Assembly (NCBI GenBank): GCA_964477925.1
Contig: CAYZFT010000001.1
Span: 1-58,215, forward strand
DNA from: an uncultured Candidatus Saccharibacteria bacterium
GTDB lineage: Bacteria; Patescibacteriota; Saccharimonadia; Saccharimonadales; UBA4665
Direction of reading: 5' to 3'
Length of the DNA: 58,215 bases
Below are positions 43,084 through 50,618 of the stretch, in pieces. The position numbers and the translations under genes were made by a program. Numbering within the stretch: position 1 is the stretch's first letter; each line of letters starts with the position of its first letter. The notes under the pieces are model-generated. The model worked only from the letters and a program-made list of their open reading frames with translations. It had not been told where the DNA came from and made no database searches.

Positions 43084-43794
43084 ATGATTATAGAAAATCG
43101 TAATTATGTTACCGCCGTTAGTGTATTAAATGCCGAATATCCAAAGCTAGTCGAATATGAGGGTGTGGCTTGGGAGGTAGCTTTGGCAGAGAAGCCTTAT
43201 CGTGACTTCCTTAAATATTGTAAGTCATCAGACAACCACCAGCCTGAACTTTTTACTGATGAGATTCAAACTACGCTTGAAACTAAATGCGAAATAGCAG
43301 GGAACCAAGCAGGTCTTACGGCCGTAGGGGAAGAGCGATTGCGATTCAACCAATTAAAAAAAGAGTGGCGACCCAGGTATCGTAATCAAAACGTTTTAGA
43401 CGGTGTATTTGATGAGGGCGCGGCACCCGCAGAAACAGACATTGACGCCTGGGGTTTGATCTATGCGATGCAAGACGCAGCGCAGGTTTATATGGATGCA
43501 AAACGTACGCTTGAGGCGACAGGGGACCTTGAGCCGTCAGTGGAAGTATTGGTCGCGGCTGCGCTCACGGCTGCAACTCAATCTACACAATATTATCTCG
43601 CAGAAAGAGGCAATAGACTCGTTCAGTTAAAAACAATGTTTAGTACGAGCTCGAAACCGCAGAGTGGACCGGTCGTAGAAGGAACACCTGAAAGTGTTGC
43701 AGGTGAGCCTGCTCTTGAAGACCCTCGGACCGGCATGTCACCTATAAAAAGTGCCATGTTAGGTGAAACTATTACCTACTTGTGGGGCAATTAG
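43084..43794 (+). CDS. hypothetical protein
   Basis: 236-aa ORF with no motif recognised. TGaTATCAT (43072-43077) lies 6 nt before the ATG. Confidence 0.55.
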   Translation: MIIENRNYVTAVSVLNAEYPKLVEYEGVAWEVALAEKPYRDFLKYCKSSDNHQPELFTDEIQTTLETKCEIAGNQAGLTAVGEERLRFNQLKKEWRPRYRNQNVLDGVFDEGAAPAETDIDAWGLIYAMQDAAQVYMDAKRTLEATGDLEPSVEVLVAAALTAATQSTQYYLAERGNRLVQLKTMFSTSSKPQSGPVVEGTPESVAGEPALEDPRTGMSPIKSAMLGETITYLWGN

Positions 43795-43892
43795 CTTAAG
43801 TAGCATGACAACTGCGTAGCGGGGTTAGGTATGCTCGAAGATATTTAATAAGGGTTTGTCTTAGGCAAAAACAGTTCACCTGAATGTCGATC

Positions 43893-44390
43893 TTAGCGGT
43901 AGTTGGTGAAGCTGAGGGGGAAGTCGAGGTCATCTTTGGCTTTGAGGAGTTGCATGACTGATTGTAGGTCGTCTTTGCTGCTGCTCATGACGCGGACAGC
44001 ATCACCCTGAATTTGTGGTTTGACCTTGGGGTATGACTCGCGGATGAGCTTGGTGAGCACCTTGGCTTTGTCTTGGTCGAGGCCTGCCTTGAAAACAACT
44101 TCTTTGGTGGTTTTAAGGTTTGACTCGACGAGGTCTTTGCTGGTGTCGAGCACTTTTTGGCTGATGCCACGGGCGCTCAACTTTTTGCGCACGATGTCGA
44201 GAATGGCATCAATTTGCCATTCGCCGTTGCCAATCACCTTAAAGCCTTTTTTGTCGTCGAGCCATTCTAGCTCGGCTGGTGTGCCCTTAAAGTCATAGCG
44301 ACTTGCCATTTCGCGCAAAACTTGGTCGTAGACGTTATTCATCTCGGCCTTGTCATATTCACTGACAATATCAAAACTAAAATTTGCCAT
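43893..44390 (-). CDS. yajQ: YajQ-family nucleotide-binding protein (UPF0234)
   Basis: FSFDIVSEYDKAEMNNVYDQVLREMASRYDFKGT. TGcTATACT lies 6 nt before the ATG on the minus strand. Confidence 0.88.
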   Translation of the reverse strand: MANFSFDIVSEYDKAEMNNVYDQVLREMASRYDFKGTPAELEWLDDKKGFKVIGNGEWQIDAILDIVRKKLSARGISQKVLDTSKDLVESNLKTTKEVVFKAGLDQDKAKVLTKLIRESYPKVKPQIQGDAVRVMSSSKDDLQSVMQLLKAKDDLDFPLSFTNYR

Positions 44391-44549
44391 ATAGTTAGTA
44401 TAGCACCACGCTATGACAACTGCCGCAAGCGCGGGTTACCATGAGGCTTTCGAAAGCCGTAACACTTCGCGGTGATAACAATAAATGAGTCGCGTATTGC
44501 TATCATGGTCTTGTCCTCGTAGTATAAGAGTAAAACGTGAGGAGAACGT

Positions 44550-45158
44550 ATGCCCGATAACGCTGTTGATAATTCTGCCAAAATCTCTGTTGCCATACCA
44601 GGCTACGAGCCAGTGCCGCACTCTCTCTTGACCGAGCAGCAGATTACTGATCGTGTCTCAGAGCTCGGAGCTGAGCTTGCCGCCAAATACCGTGAGATGG
44701 GTAGCGTACACGTCGTGACGGTTCTGCAGGGTGCGATGCATTTTTCATCTGACTTGCAACGGGCTATGCAACACGCCGCACCAGGCTTGCACATGACGAT
44801 GGATAGCATAAGCGTTCAATCATATGAAGGTACAGGAAGCACTGGCAAAATGCGCACTCTCAACAATTTACATGCTCCGGTCGAGGGAAGGAATGTGCTG
44901 ATTGTCGAAGACATTTTTGACACAGGTAATACATTAAGGTGGCTCATAGGCTACTTTAATGAGCTCAAGCCTGCGTCACTTAATGTGGTTACTCTGCTCG
45001 ACAAACAAGTGCCCGGTCGACCGACTGACTTGCTTGGCAAAACCCCACTTTTTACCGGTTTTAAAATCCCAGATGATTTTGTGATTGGGTATGGGCTCGA
45101 TTATAACCAGCTGTACCGTAACTTACGTGGCATTTACCGGCTCAAGAAACAGGGGTAG
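44550..45158 (+). CDS. hpt: hypoxanthine phosphoribosyltransferase
   Basis: PRPP motif VLIVEDIFDTGNTL, plus FVIGYGLDY. SD gaggag upstream. Confidence 0.92.
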   Translation: MPDNAVDNSAKISVAIPGYEPVPHSLLTEQQITDRVSELGAELAAKYREMGSVHVVTVLQGAMHFSSDLQRAMQHAAPGLHMTMDSISVQSYEGTGSTGKMRTLNNLHAPVEGRNVLIVEDIFDTGNTLRWLIGYFNELKPASLNVVTLLDKQVPGRPTDLLGKTPLFTGFKIPDDFVIGYGLDYNQLYRNLRGIYRLKKQG

Positions 45159-45228
45159 TGCATGCCGATGTGCTATACTGCTTACGCACACTTAATTGCA
45201 AACTGTGTATAAATGGGAGACATTAATC

Positions 45229-45963
45229 ATGTCATTATTTCGCAAAGTACTGTATGTTTTTGGGCTCTTTGCCGTCGGCGCAGGGTTGATTATATTCTCA
45301 TCACCGGCTGTGCGGGCGGTCGAGAACAGCGATGATAGCGTAAAAACCGAAACGACAACATCGTCCGAGTCTGAAAAGGACGAACAAATAGAAAGCTCAC
45401 GGAGCCGCGTACGCACCGAAGCGGTCGAGAGTGCCGTTGTTGAGAACCGTGCAAAAGCCGAAAAAGAAGTTGCGAGCGAGCGCAAAACGCGCGTGCAGCT
45501 CGACGACGATACGCGTACTCAGCTCTGCGAAAATCGCAAAGAAACCATTCAAAATAAAGTCAGAGCATATGGTGCGCATGCTAATGCCTACCTAGACCGT
45601 CTCGATGGTGTCGACAGCAAACTCAAGACATATTTACTCGCAAACACTATCGAAGGGCTGAGCCTGTCCGCTGTTGATAAAACCCAAGAAACTGCTGCCC
45701 AAAAAGTAGTTGCTCTTGAAGAAATAGTCGGTGCGGCAACGCTTGACTGTTCGAACCCGACCGATAATGCGACGTGGCTCACGCAAGTGCGTAGTGCTGC
45801 CACCGAGGCAAAAGATGCACTTAAGGCCTACCGAATCGAGCTGAAAAAGGTTGTTACAGCCATAGGTAGTGCGCAGCAAGATACCAAACAGCAAGAAAGT
45901 AACGGTACATCATCTGAGACGGGTGACGGTACGAGTGCTGACGATGCGCAGCAGGGGTTTTAG
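45229..45963 (+). CDS. hypothetical secreted/anchored coiled-coil protein
   Basis: Signal/anchor MSLFRKVLYVFGLFAVGAGLIIF. SD gggaga upstream of ATG 45229. Confidence 0.6.
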   Translation: MSLFRKVLYVFGLFAVGAGLIIFSSPAVRAVENSDDSVKTETTTSSESEKDEQIESSRSRVRTEAVESAVVENRAKAEKEVASERKTRVQLDDDTRTQLCENRKETIQNKVRAYGAHANAYLDRLDGVDSKLKTYLLANTIEGLSLSAVDKTQETAAQKVVALEEIVGAATLDCSNPTDNATWLTQVRSAATEAKDALKAYRIELKKVVTAIGSAQQDTKQQESNGTSSETGDGTSADDAQQGF

Positions 45964-46239
45964 ATGGGTGAGGATGTCCCAGAAGCGGTTAAACGTTCTC
46001 ATACAAAAATAGCCATAATTATCAGTGGTGTGGCAGTTTTGACCGTGCTTGGTTTAGTCTACGTGCTCATGCTGTGGCAGCCAACACCCGACAAAACCAT
46101 AACACAGACGCTGCAGCAAAAGATTACTCCGCCCAAAGAGATTAAGGCTGCCGACCAGGTGCTTGAAGAAACCAATCAAACACTCGACACTGACCTCAAC
46201 ACAACCGATCTCGACCAAGAAATTGATAATCTGCTGTAA
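45964..46239 (+). CDS. hypothetical membrane-anchored protein
   Basis: 91 aa with a single TM helix IAIIISGVAVLTVLGLVYVLML. Starts immediately after the preceding stop codon. Confidence 0.55.
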   Translation: MGEDVPEAVKRSHTKIAIIISGVAVLTVLGLVYVLMLWQPTPDKTITQTLQQKITPPKEIKAADQVLEETNQTLDTDLNTTDLDQEIDNLL

Positions 46240-46240
46240 G

Positions 46241-46400
46241 TATAAAGTCAAAAAGTTGATAAAGTTCCAAAGTTCATAAAGTTTAGATTTCGAGTGTTTG
46301 CGCACGACGTGGCTTGTGTAGCGCGGTGCAACTCAGTATACTTCTATCAGATAGTTTAAAGGTTAATTTTCAATTTTAAATTTCGACTTTATCAACTTTA
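46241..46400. repeat. MITE-like unit bounded by 14-bp inverted repeats with internal ataaagt iterations
   Basis: aaagttgataaagt (46252-46265) is the exact reverse complement of actttatcaacttt (46386-46399). The left end carries tataaagtc, gataaagtt and cataaagtt. Confidence 0.6.
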
Positions 46401-46418
46401 CGGGCTTTTAACTACTAT

Positions 46419-47465
46419 ATGAGTTATCACAATAAACAGATTGATGCGGTTGCAGCGGCACTAAACCGAGAGTTTGATGCACTGGCCGACAAGCAGGCGA
46501 TTTTGCGATCAAAAGGTCTGGGGCTCTTGTACGGCGCGCTGCGCACCTTGCCAAACGATGAGAGAGCGGCCTTTGGCAAAGAACTCAATGCGCTCAAGCA
46601 AGAGCTGATGGTTCGTATCTCTGAGGCGAAAGGTGTGGCCCAAGAAGTACGCCGCCCTATCGACGTTACTGCGCCGATGGATGTCAACACACCACGACCA
46701 GGCTTGTTGCCGAGCGAGCAGGGGACGACGCATCCGTTGACACAAGAAATTGAACGGGTAGCCGAGATTTTTGAGCGCATGGGCTTTGTGACAGAAGAAT
46801 CGCGTGAAATTGACGACCAGTACCACATGTTCGAGTCACTCAACTTCCCCAAGGGCCACCCCGCGCGCGATGATTGGGATACGTTTATGACGGTCGAGAC
46901 CGACAAAGATGGCGACGCCTTTATTGCTCCGGCGCATACCAGTACCATGCAGAACCGCATACTTCGTAAGTATGCCAATGTTTTGAAAACGGGCGACGCA
47001 ATTGCCGCCATTGTGCCAGACAGAACTTTTCGAAACGAAGACCTCGATGCACGCCACGAACACACGTTTTACCAAGTCGAAGGAATCTATGTTGCAAAGG
47101 GTGTTCATGCCGGCATGCTTGTGGCGGCACTGCAGAAGTTCCTCGAGGAGTATTACGGGCGAGAGCTTGAAGTGCGGGTCAACCCATTTTATTTCCCCTT
47201 TACCGAGCCCAGTTTTGAGTTCGCACTCAGCTGCCCATTTTGCGACAAAAAAGGTTGTGGCGTATGCTCGCAGTCTGGCTGGGTTGAGCTACTTGGCTGC
47301 GGCATGATTCACCCCAATGTCCTCAAGGCTGCCGACATTGATTCAAATGTTTACACTGGATTTGCCTTTGGCTGTGGCATCGACCGTCTCGTCATGATGA
47401 AACACAACATAGAAGACATCCGCCACTTTGAATCAGCAAAACTTGATTTCCTAAGGCAGTTCTAA
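46419..47465 (+). CDS. pheS: phenylalanine--tRNA ligase alpha subunit
   Basis: Contains HPLTQEIERVAEIFERMGF, HPARDDWDTF, FRNEDLDARHEHTFYQVEG, FPFTEPS and GCGMIHPNVL. Confidence 0.94.
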   Translation: MSYHNKQIDAVAAALNREFDALADKQAILRSKGLGLLYGALRTLPNDERAAFGKELNALKQELMVRISEAKGVAQEVRRPIDVTAPMDVNTPRPGLLPSEQGTTHPLTQEIERVAEIFERMGFVTEESREIDDQYHMFESLNFPKGHPARDDWDTFMTVETDKDGDAFIAPAHTSTMQNRILRKYANVLKTGDAIAAIVPDRTFRNEDLDARHEHTFYQVEGIYVAKGVHAGMLVAALQKFLEEYYGRELEVRVNPFYFPFTEPSFEFALSCPFCDKKGCGVCSQSGWVELLGCGMIHPNVLKAADIDSNVYTGFAFGCGIDRLVMMKHNIEDIRHFESAKLDFLRQF

Positions 47466-48076
47466 TGCGAGTACTTGTGTTTGGTGACAGCATTGGCCAA
47501 GGTTTCGGCGACCCGAGCGGTGGTTGGGTAGAAGCACTTAAGCGTCACTATTTAGCCCTCGGCACTGAAATTGAGATTTTCAACATGAGTATTTCGGGCG
47601 ACACGAGCCAAAACGTACTTGCGCGTATCGAAAATGAGACCGTTGTGCGGCGTTGGCCAAAAGACCCAGTCATGATTGTGCTCGCCGTCGGCGTGAACGA
47701 CACCCAAAAACATTTCAGAGATGTCAAGACAACAGCCGATGATTTCCAAACTAACTTTGAGAGCATGGTCAAGATAGCCCGTCGTGTTGCCGACAAGCTG
47801 CTCATAGTAGGCCTAACGCCCTGCATTGATGTACGGCTTAACCCAGCACCATGGAACAAAAACATCACCTTTAGTAATGAGCGCATCGGCAAGTACGAAA
47901 AACTGCTCGAAGAAGTGGCCGAGCGCCGCGAGGTACCGTTTGTGCCGCTATGGGAGGGCTTGGCCAATAAATGGCGTGTCGAAGACATCTTTCCGGATGG
48001 TTTGCACCCGACCGCTGCCGGTCATGAGCTTATTTTGCACATCGTTCAGCCCGAGATTGAGGAGCTATTTGTATGA
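47465..48076 (+). CDS. SGNH/GDSL hydrolase
   Basis: Contains VLVFGDSIGQG, GVNDT and DGLHPT. Confidence 0.85.
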   Translation: MRVLVFGDSIGQGFGDPSGGWVEALKRHYLALGTEIEIFNMSISGDTSQNVLARIENETVVRRWPKDPVMIVLAVGVNDTQKHFRDVKTTADDFQTNFESMVKIARRVADKLLIVGLTPCIDVRLNPAPWNKNITFSNERIGKYEKLLEEVAERREVPFVPLWEGLANKWRVEDIFPDGLHPTAAGHELILHIVQPEIEELFV

Positions 48077-48399
48077 GCCGTGTCAAAATAACCATTACCG
48101 TACCAATCGACTATGCCGATGCCGTGCGACGTGCCTTGGGCGATGCTGGGGCGGGCGTACTGGGCAACTACTCGCACTGTAGCTTTTCGACGAGAGGTGT
48201 CGGTCGCTTCATGCCGCAAGACGGCGCGCAACCGTTTATCGGTGCAGTCGGCGGCTACGAAGCAGTCGAAGAAGAAAGGGTCGAAGTTATTTGCGAGCAA
48301 GATAACGCTAAATTTGTCATTGCTGCTATGAAAGCTGCGCACCCATACGAAGAAGTTGCAGTTGACGTTGTTGCAATAATCGAGGAGGACCAATTATGA
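48073..48399 (+). CDS. standalone homolog of the PII-like insert domain of NIF3/YqfO proteins
   Basis: GDAGAGVLGNYSHCSFSTRGVGRFMPQDGAQPFIGAVGGYEAVEEERVEV...AHPYEEVAVDV matches the NIF3 insert-domain pattern. Confidence 0.65.
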   Translation: MSRVKITITVPIDYADAVRRALGDAGAGVLGNYSHCSFSTRGVGRFMPQDGAQPFIGAVGGYEAVEEERVEVICEQDNAKFVIAAMKAAHPYEEVAVDVVAIIEEDQL

Positions 48400-48803
48400 A
48401 AATCGCCAGTCAGATTGTCGAGAGTGCTGAGCTCATGAAGCACACCGAGAACATTAGTGTCATAGCGCACGACCTGATGGACCAATTGCCCGAAGAAGGC
48501 GCGTGGGATATCGAGAGCAAGCTGCGTTATGCTTCGGTCGACATCGTCACTGACATCGCCAACGCCTGTGGTTCGCTAGACCCGCGCGATTCGCTGTACA
48601 AGCTTGGGCATGCCCGTGGCTTGCTTTTTGAGATTATGAGTACGCTCAAAATCGCCCATCGTCTGCGCTTGCTCGAGCTACAGCCTGAGCTTATGCTTGA
48701 GATTGAGCAGACAATCGCCATGCTCGACAAAGAAGCGGCCCGTTTGCCTAAAGTCGCGCGGCAGTGGCTCAAAGAAGCATACCCATCTACAGGAGAAGCT
48801 TGA
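48396..48803 (+). CDS. four-helix-bundle protein (23S rRNA intervening-sequence protein-like)
   Basis: The layout KLRYASVDIVTDIANACG...LGHARGLLFEIMSTLKIA resembles the TIGR02436-type four-helix-bundle family. Confidence 0.5.
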   Translation: MKIASQIVESAELMKHTENISVIAHDLMDQLPEEGAWDIESKLRYASVDIVTDIANACGSLDPRDSLYKLGHARGLLFEIMSTLKIAHRLRLLELQPELMLEIEQTIAMLDKEAARLPKVARQWLKEAYPSTGEA

Positions 48804-48806
48804 GCC

Positions 48807-49262
48807 ATGGACCGCACCACGATATTTGATGACATTGTGAACGGCACTATGCAGTCGTGGGTTGTGTGGGAAGACGAAGACTACATGGCGTTTCTGACGT
48901 CTTACCCAAACACACCCGGCATGACGGTGGTTATACCTAAATTGAACTCTGGCGATTATGTCTTCGAGCTCGACGATGAGCAGTACGTTGGCCTCATGCG
49001 AGCCACCAAGACAGTGGCGAAGCTGCTCGAAAAGGCGTTTGATACGCCACGGGTAGCCTGTGTGTTTGAGGGGACTGGCGTGGCACATGTACACGCCAAG
49101 CTCTACCCTTTGCACGGCGTACTTGCTGGCGAAACCGATGTTTGGTCGAAAGAAACAGAGTTTGTATCAGAATACCGCGGCTGGCTGACTACAATCGAAG
49201 GCCCCAAAATGCCCGACGAAGAACTTGATGCCATTCAGGCAAAAATCCGGAGCGCACTGTGA
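48807..49262 (+). CDS. HIT-family-like protein with a variant histidine triad
   Basis: MAFLTSYPNTPGMTVVIPK and GVAHVHAKLYP. The third His of HxHxH is replaced by Lys. Confidence 0.65.
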   Translation: MDRTTIFDDIVNGTMQSWVVWEDEDYMAFLTSYPNTPGMTVVIPKLNSGDYVFELDDEQYVGLMRATKTVAKLLEKAFDTPRVACVFEGTGVAHVHAKLYPLHGVLAGETDVWSKETEFVSEYRGWLTTIEGPKMPDEELDAIQAKIRSAL

Positions 49263-49699
49263 GCACCGACAAATTATTGTCAGACAATCTTTACGCTAAC
49301 CTAGCGACGGTGTGCGAGGACGGTTCACCGTGGAACACACCATTATTTTACGCTCATGATGGTAACAAGATTTATTGGTGGTCGCCAGTGAATGCCGTTC
49401 ATTCACGCAATCTATTTCGTGACCCGCGTGCATTTATAACAATCTATGATTCAAGAGTACCAGAGGGAGAAGGTGTCGGTGTATATTTTGAGGGTGTTGC
49501 TCGCGAAGTAGTAGCCGAGAATGTTGATAAAGTAATATCGATATATTGTCGAAAAGCTCGTGTTTTCAAACTAAGCAGCAAAGACTGTACTGGTAATGCC
49601 CCGACGAGACTCTACGAATTCAAAATTAAAAAATCATGGACGAACGACGAAGCGAAAGAAAACGGAATGTATATTGATGTCAGAAAAGACTCTGACTAA
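49259..49699 (+). CDS. pyridoxamine 5'-phosphate oxidase-family (FMN-binding split barrel) protein
   Basis: YANLATVCEDGSPWNTPLFYAHDGNKIYWWS...HSRNL. GTG start overlapping the HIT gene stop. Confidence 0.7.
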   Translation: MSTDKLLSDNLYANLATVCEDGSPWNTPLFYAHDGNKIYWWSPVNAVHSRNLFRDPRAFITIYDSRVPEGEGVGVYFEGVAREVVAENVDKVISIYCRKARVFKLSSKDCTGNAPTRLYEFKIKKSWTNDEAKENGMYIDVRKDSD

Positions 49700-49702
49700 C
49701 TT

Positions 49703-49848
49703 CCCCGAACCCGACGTAAGACGACAGGTTCTCGAGGGAAGGGCGAGCCCTTCCCGTTATACCAATTGAAGTAAATTCAATCGGTATAACTCCCTACCTC
49801 TAAAGGCTTCGTTCGCACTTGCTTGCGCCAATATGGCGCGAACAGAAG
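49703..49848 (+). other. hairpin-dense non-coding segment (4 stems), first part related to 2394-2447
   Basis: gaacc...ggttc at 49707-49731. gggaaggg-cgag-cccttccc at 49736-49755. A 15-bp stem at 49756-49790. Nested stems at 49807-49848. Confidence 0.6.
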
Positions 49849-49966
49849 TGTTTATGTCGGGTTGATATTGATGATAACTACCATAGATGGGTAATACACT
49901 TCAGTGGTGGCCGCTTGTTACGGTAAGGTTGGAGGAGTTAGTTGCATAAGCTATAATGGCTAACAG

Positions 49967-50308
49967 ATGAAAACGATTGATTCAATATCGCTCGCCGAGC
50001 TGCGGGAAATGGCCAAAAAGATGTATGGTACGCTTGTAAAAGCTGATGTTGACGTCGTAAAAAACATTATTGTCATAGACTTGGAAATGCACGCAGATGG
50101 TGTGGCATACTTGCTCGAAAATGGTTCTGCACAGACCGATATTTGGGGTATAAACCTGCACCCTGATGATTTTGGCACGACCAACTTCATAGAGTTTGAT
50201 AGCATGATGAACATTCGCCCTATACAGCAAAACCCGTCACGTGATGTACTTGACGAAAACATTCGCTCTCAAATTCGGGATATTATCGACGGAGCGGTGC
50301 ATGAGTGA
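49967..50308 (+). CDS. hypothetical protein
   Basis: 113-aa ORF. TATAAT (49952-49957) lies 9 nt upstream of the ATG. No family could be assigned with confidence. Confidence 0.55.
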   Translation: MKTIDSISLAELREMAKKMYGTLVKADVDVVKNIIVIDLEMHADGVAYLLENGSAQTDIWGINLHPDDFGTTNFIEFDSMMNIRPIQQNPSRDVLDENIRSQIRDIIDGAVHE

Positions 50309-50618
50309 GCATATTTTCGACAAGGCAAAATGGCAGTCTTTGACATTTTTTGAGCAGATGGGCAATATTGGTTCTGAAGTCGGTCGTGCGTTTAGCGCGC
50401 AGCGACGTGGTGATGAAGCGTCATCACGAGCGGCATTTCACCGAGGTTTGGATCTTATCGACGCGACTGCTGAGCAGCTCGCACGGCAGCAATCACCGCG
50501 GCTGAAAGAAGTCCTGAGAGCCCGTGAGATTTTTGCAACAAATGTGATGGCAAAAAATGATGATGGACTCGAGATATATTTTATGGAATTTGCAATCGCC
50601 GCAAGGAGCAACGGATGA
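50301..50618 (+). CDS. hypothetical helical protein
   Basis: 105 aa from ATG 50301, with an ATGAGTGA overlap with the upstream stop. The stop overlaps the pheT start. Confidence 0.5.
   Translation: MSEHIFDKAKWQSLTFFEQMGNIGSEVGRAFSAQRRGDEASSRAAFHRGLDLIDATAEQLARQQSPRLKEVLRAREIFATNVMAKNDDGLEIYFMEFAIAARSNG

Noticed and set aside
44391-44549. Purine riboswitch upstream of hpt
   Set aside because: The conserved guanine-riboswitch junction sequences (UAUAAUCGCG...CUACCGGG...CCGUAAAU) are absent. The spacer mainly holds the divergent yajQ and hpt promoters.
46241-46418. T-box leader upstream of pheS
   Set aside because: There is no T-box motif (AGGGUGGNACCGCG-like), specifier-loop architecture or terminator/antiterminator pair. 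The region is better described as an inverted-repeat-bounded element.
48585-48600. Exact 16-nt match cgcgattcgctgtaca between the four-helix-bundle gene and the pheT element (51105-51120)
   Set aside because: A single 16-mer coincidence is expected roughly 0.4-1 times by chance in a 58-kb window on both strands. The reading frames differ and the similarity does not extend. It is not used as evidence.
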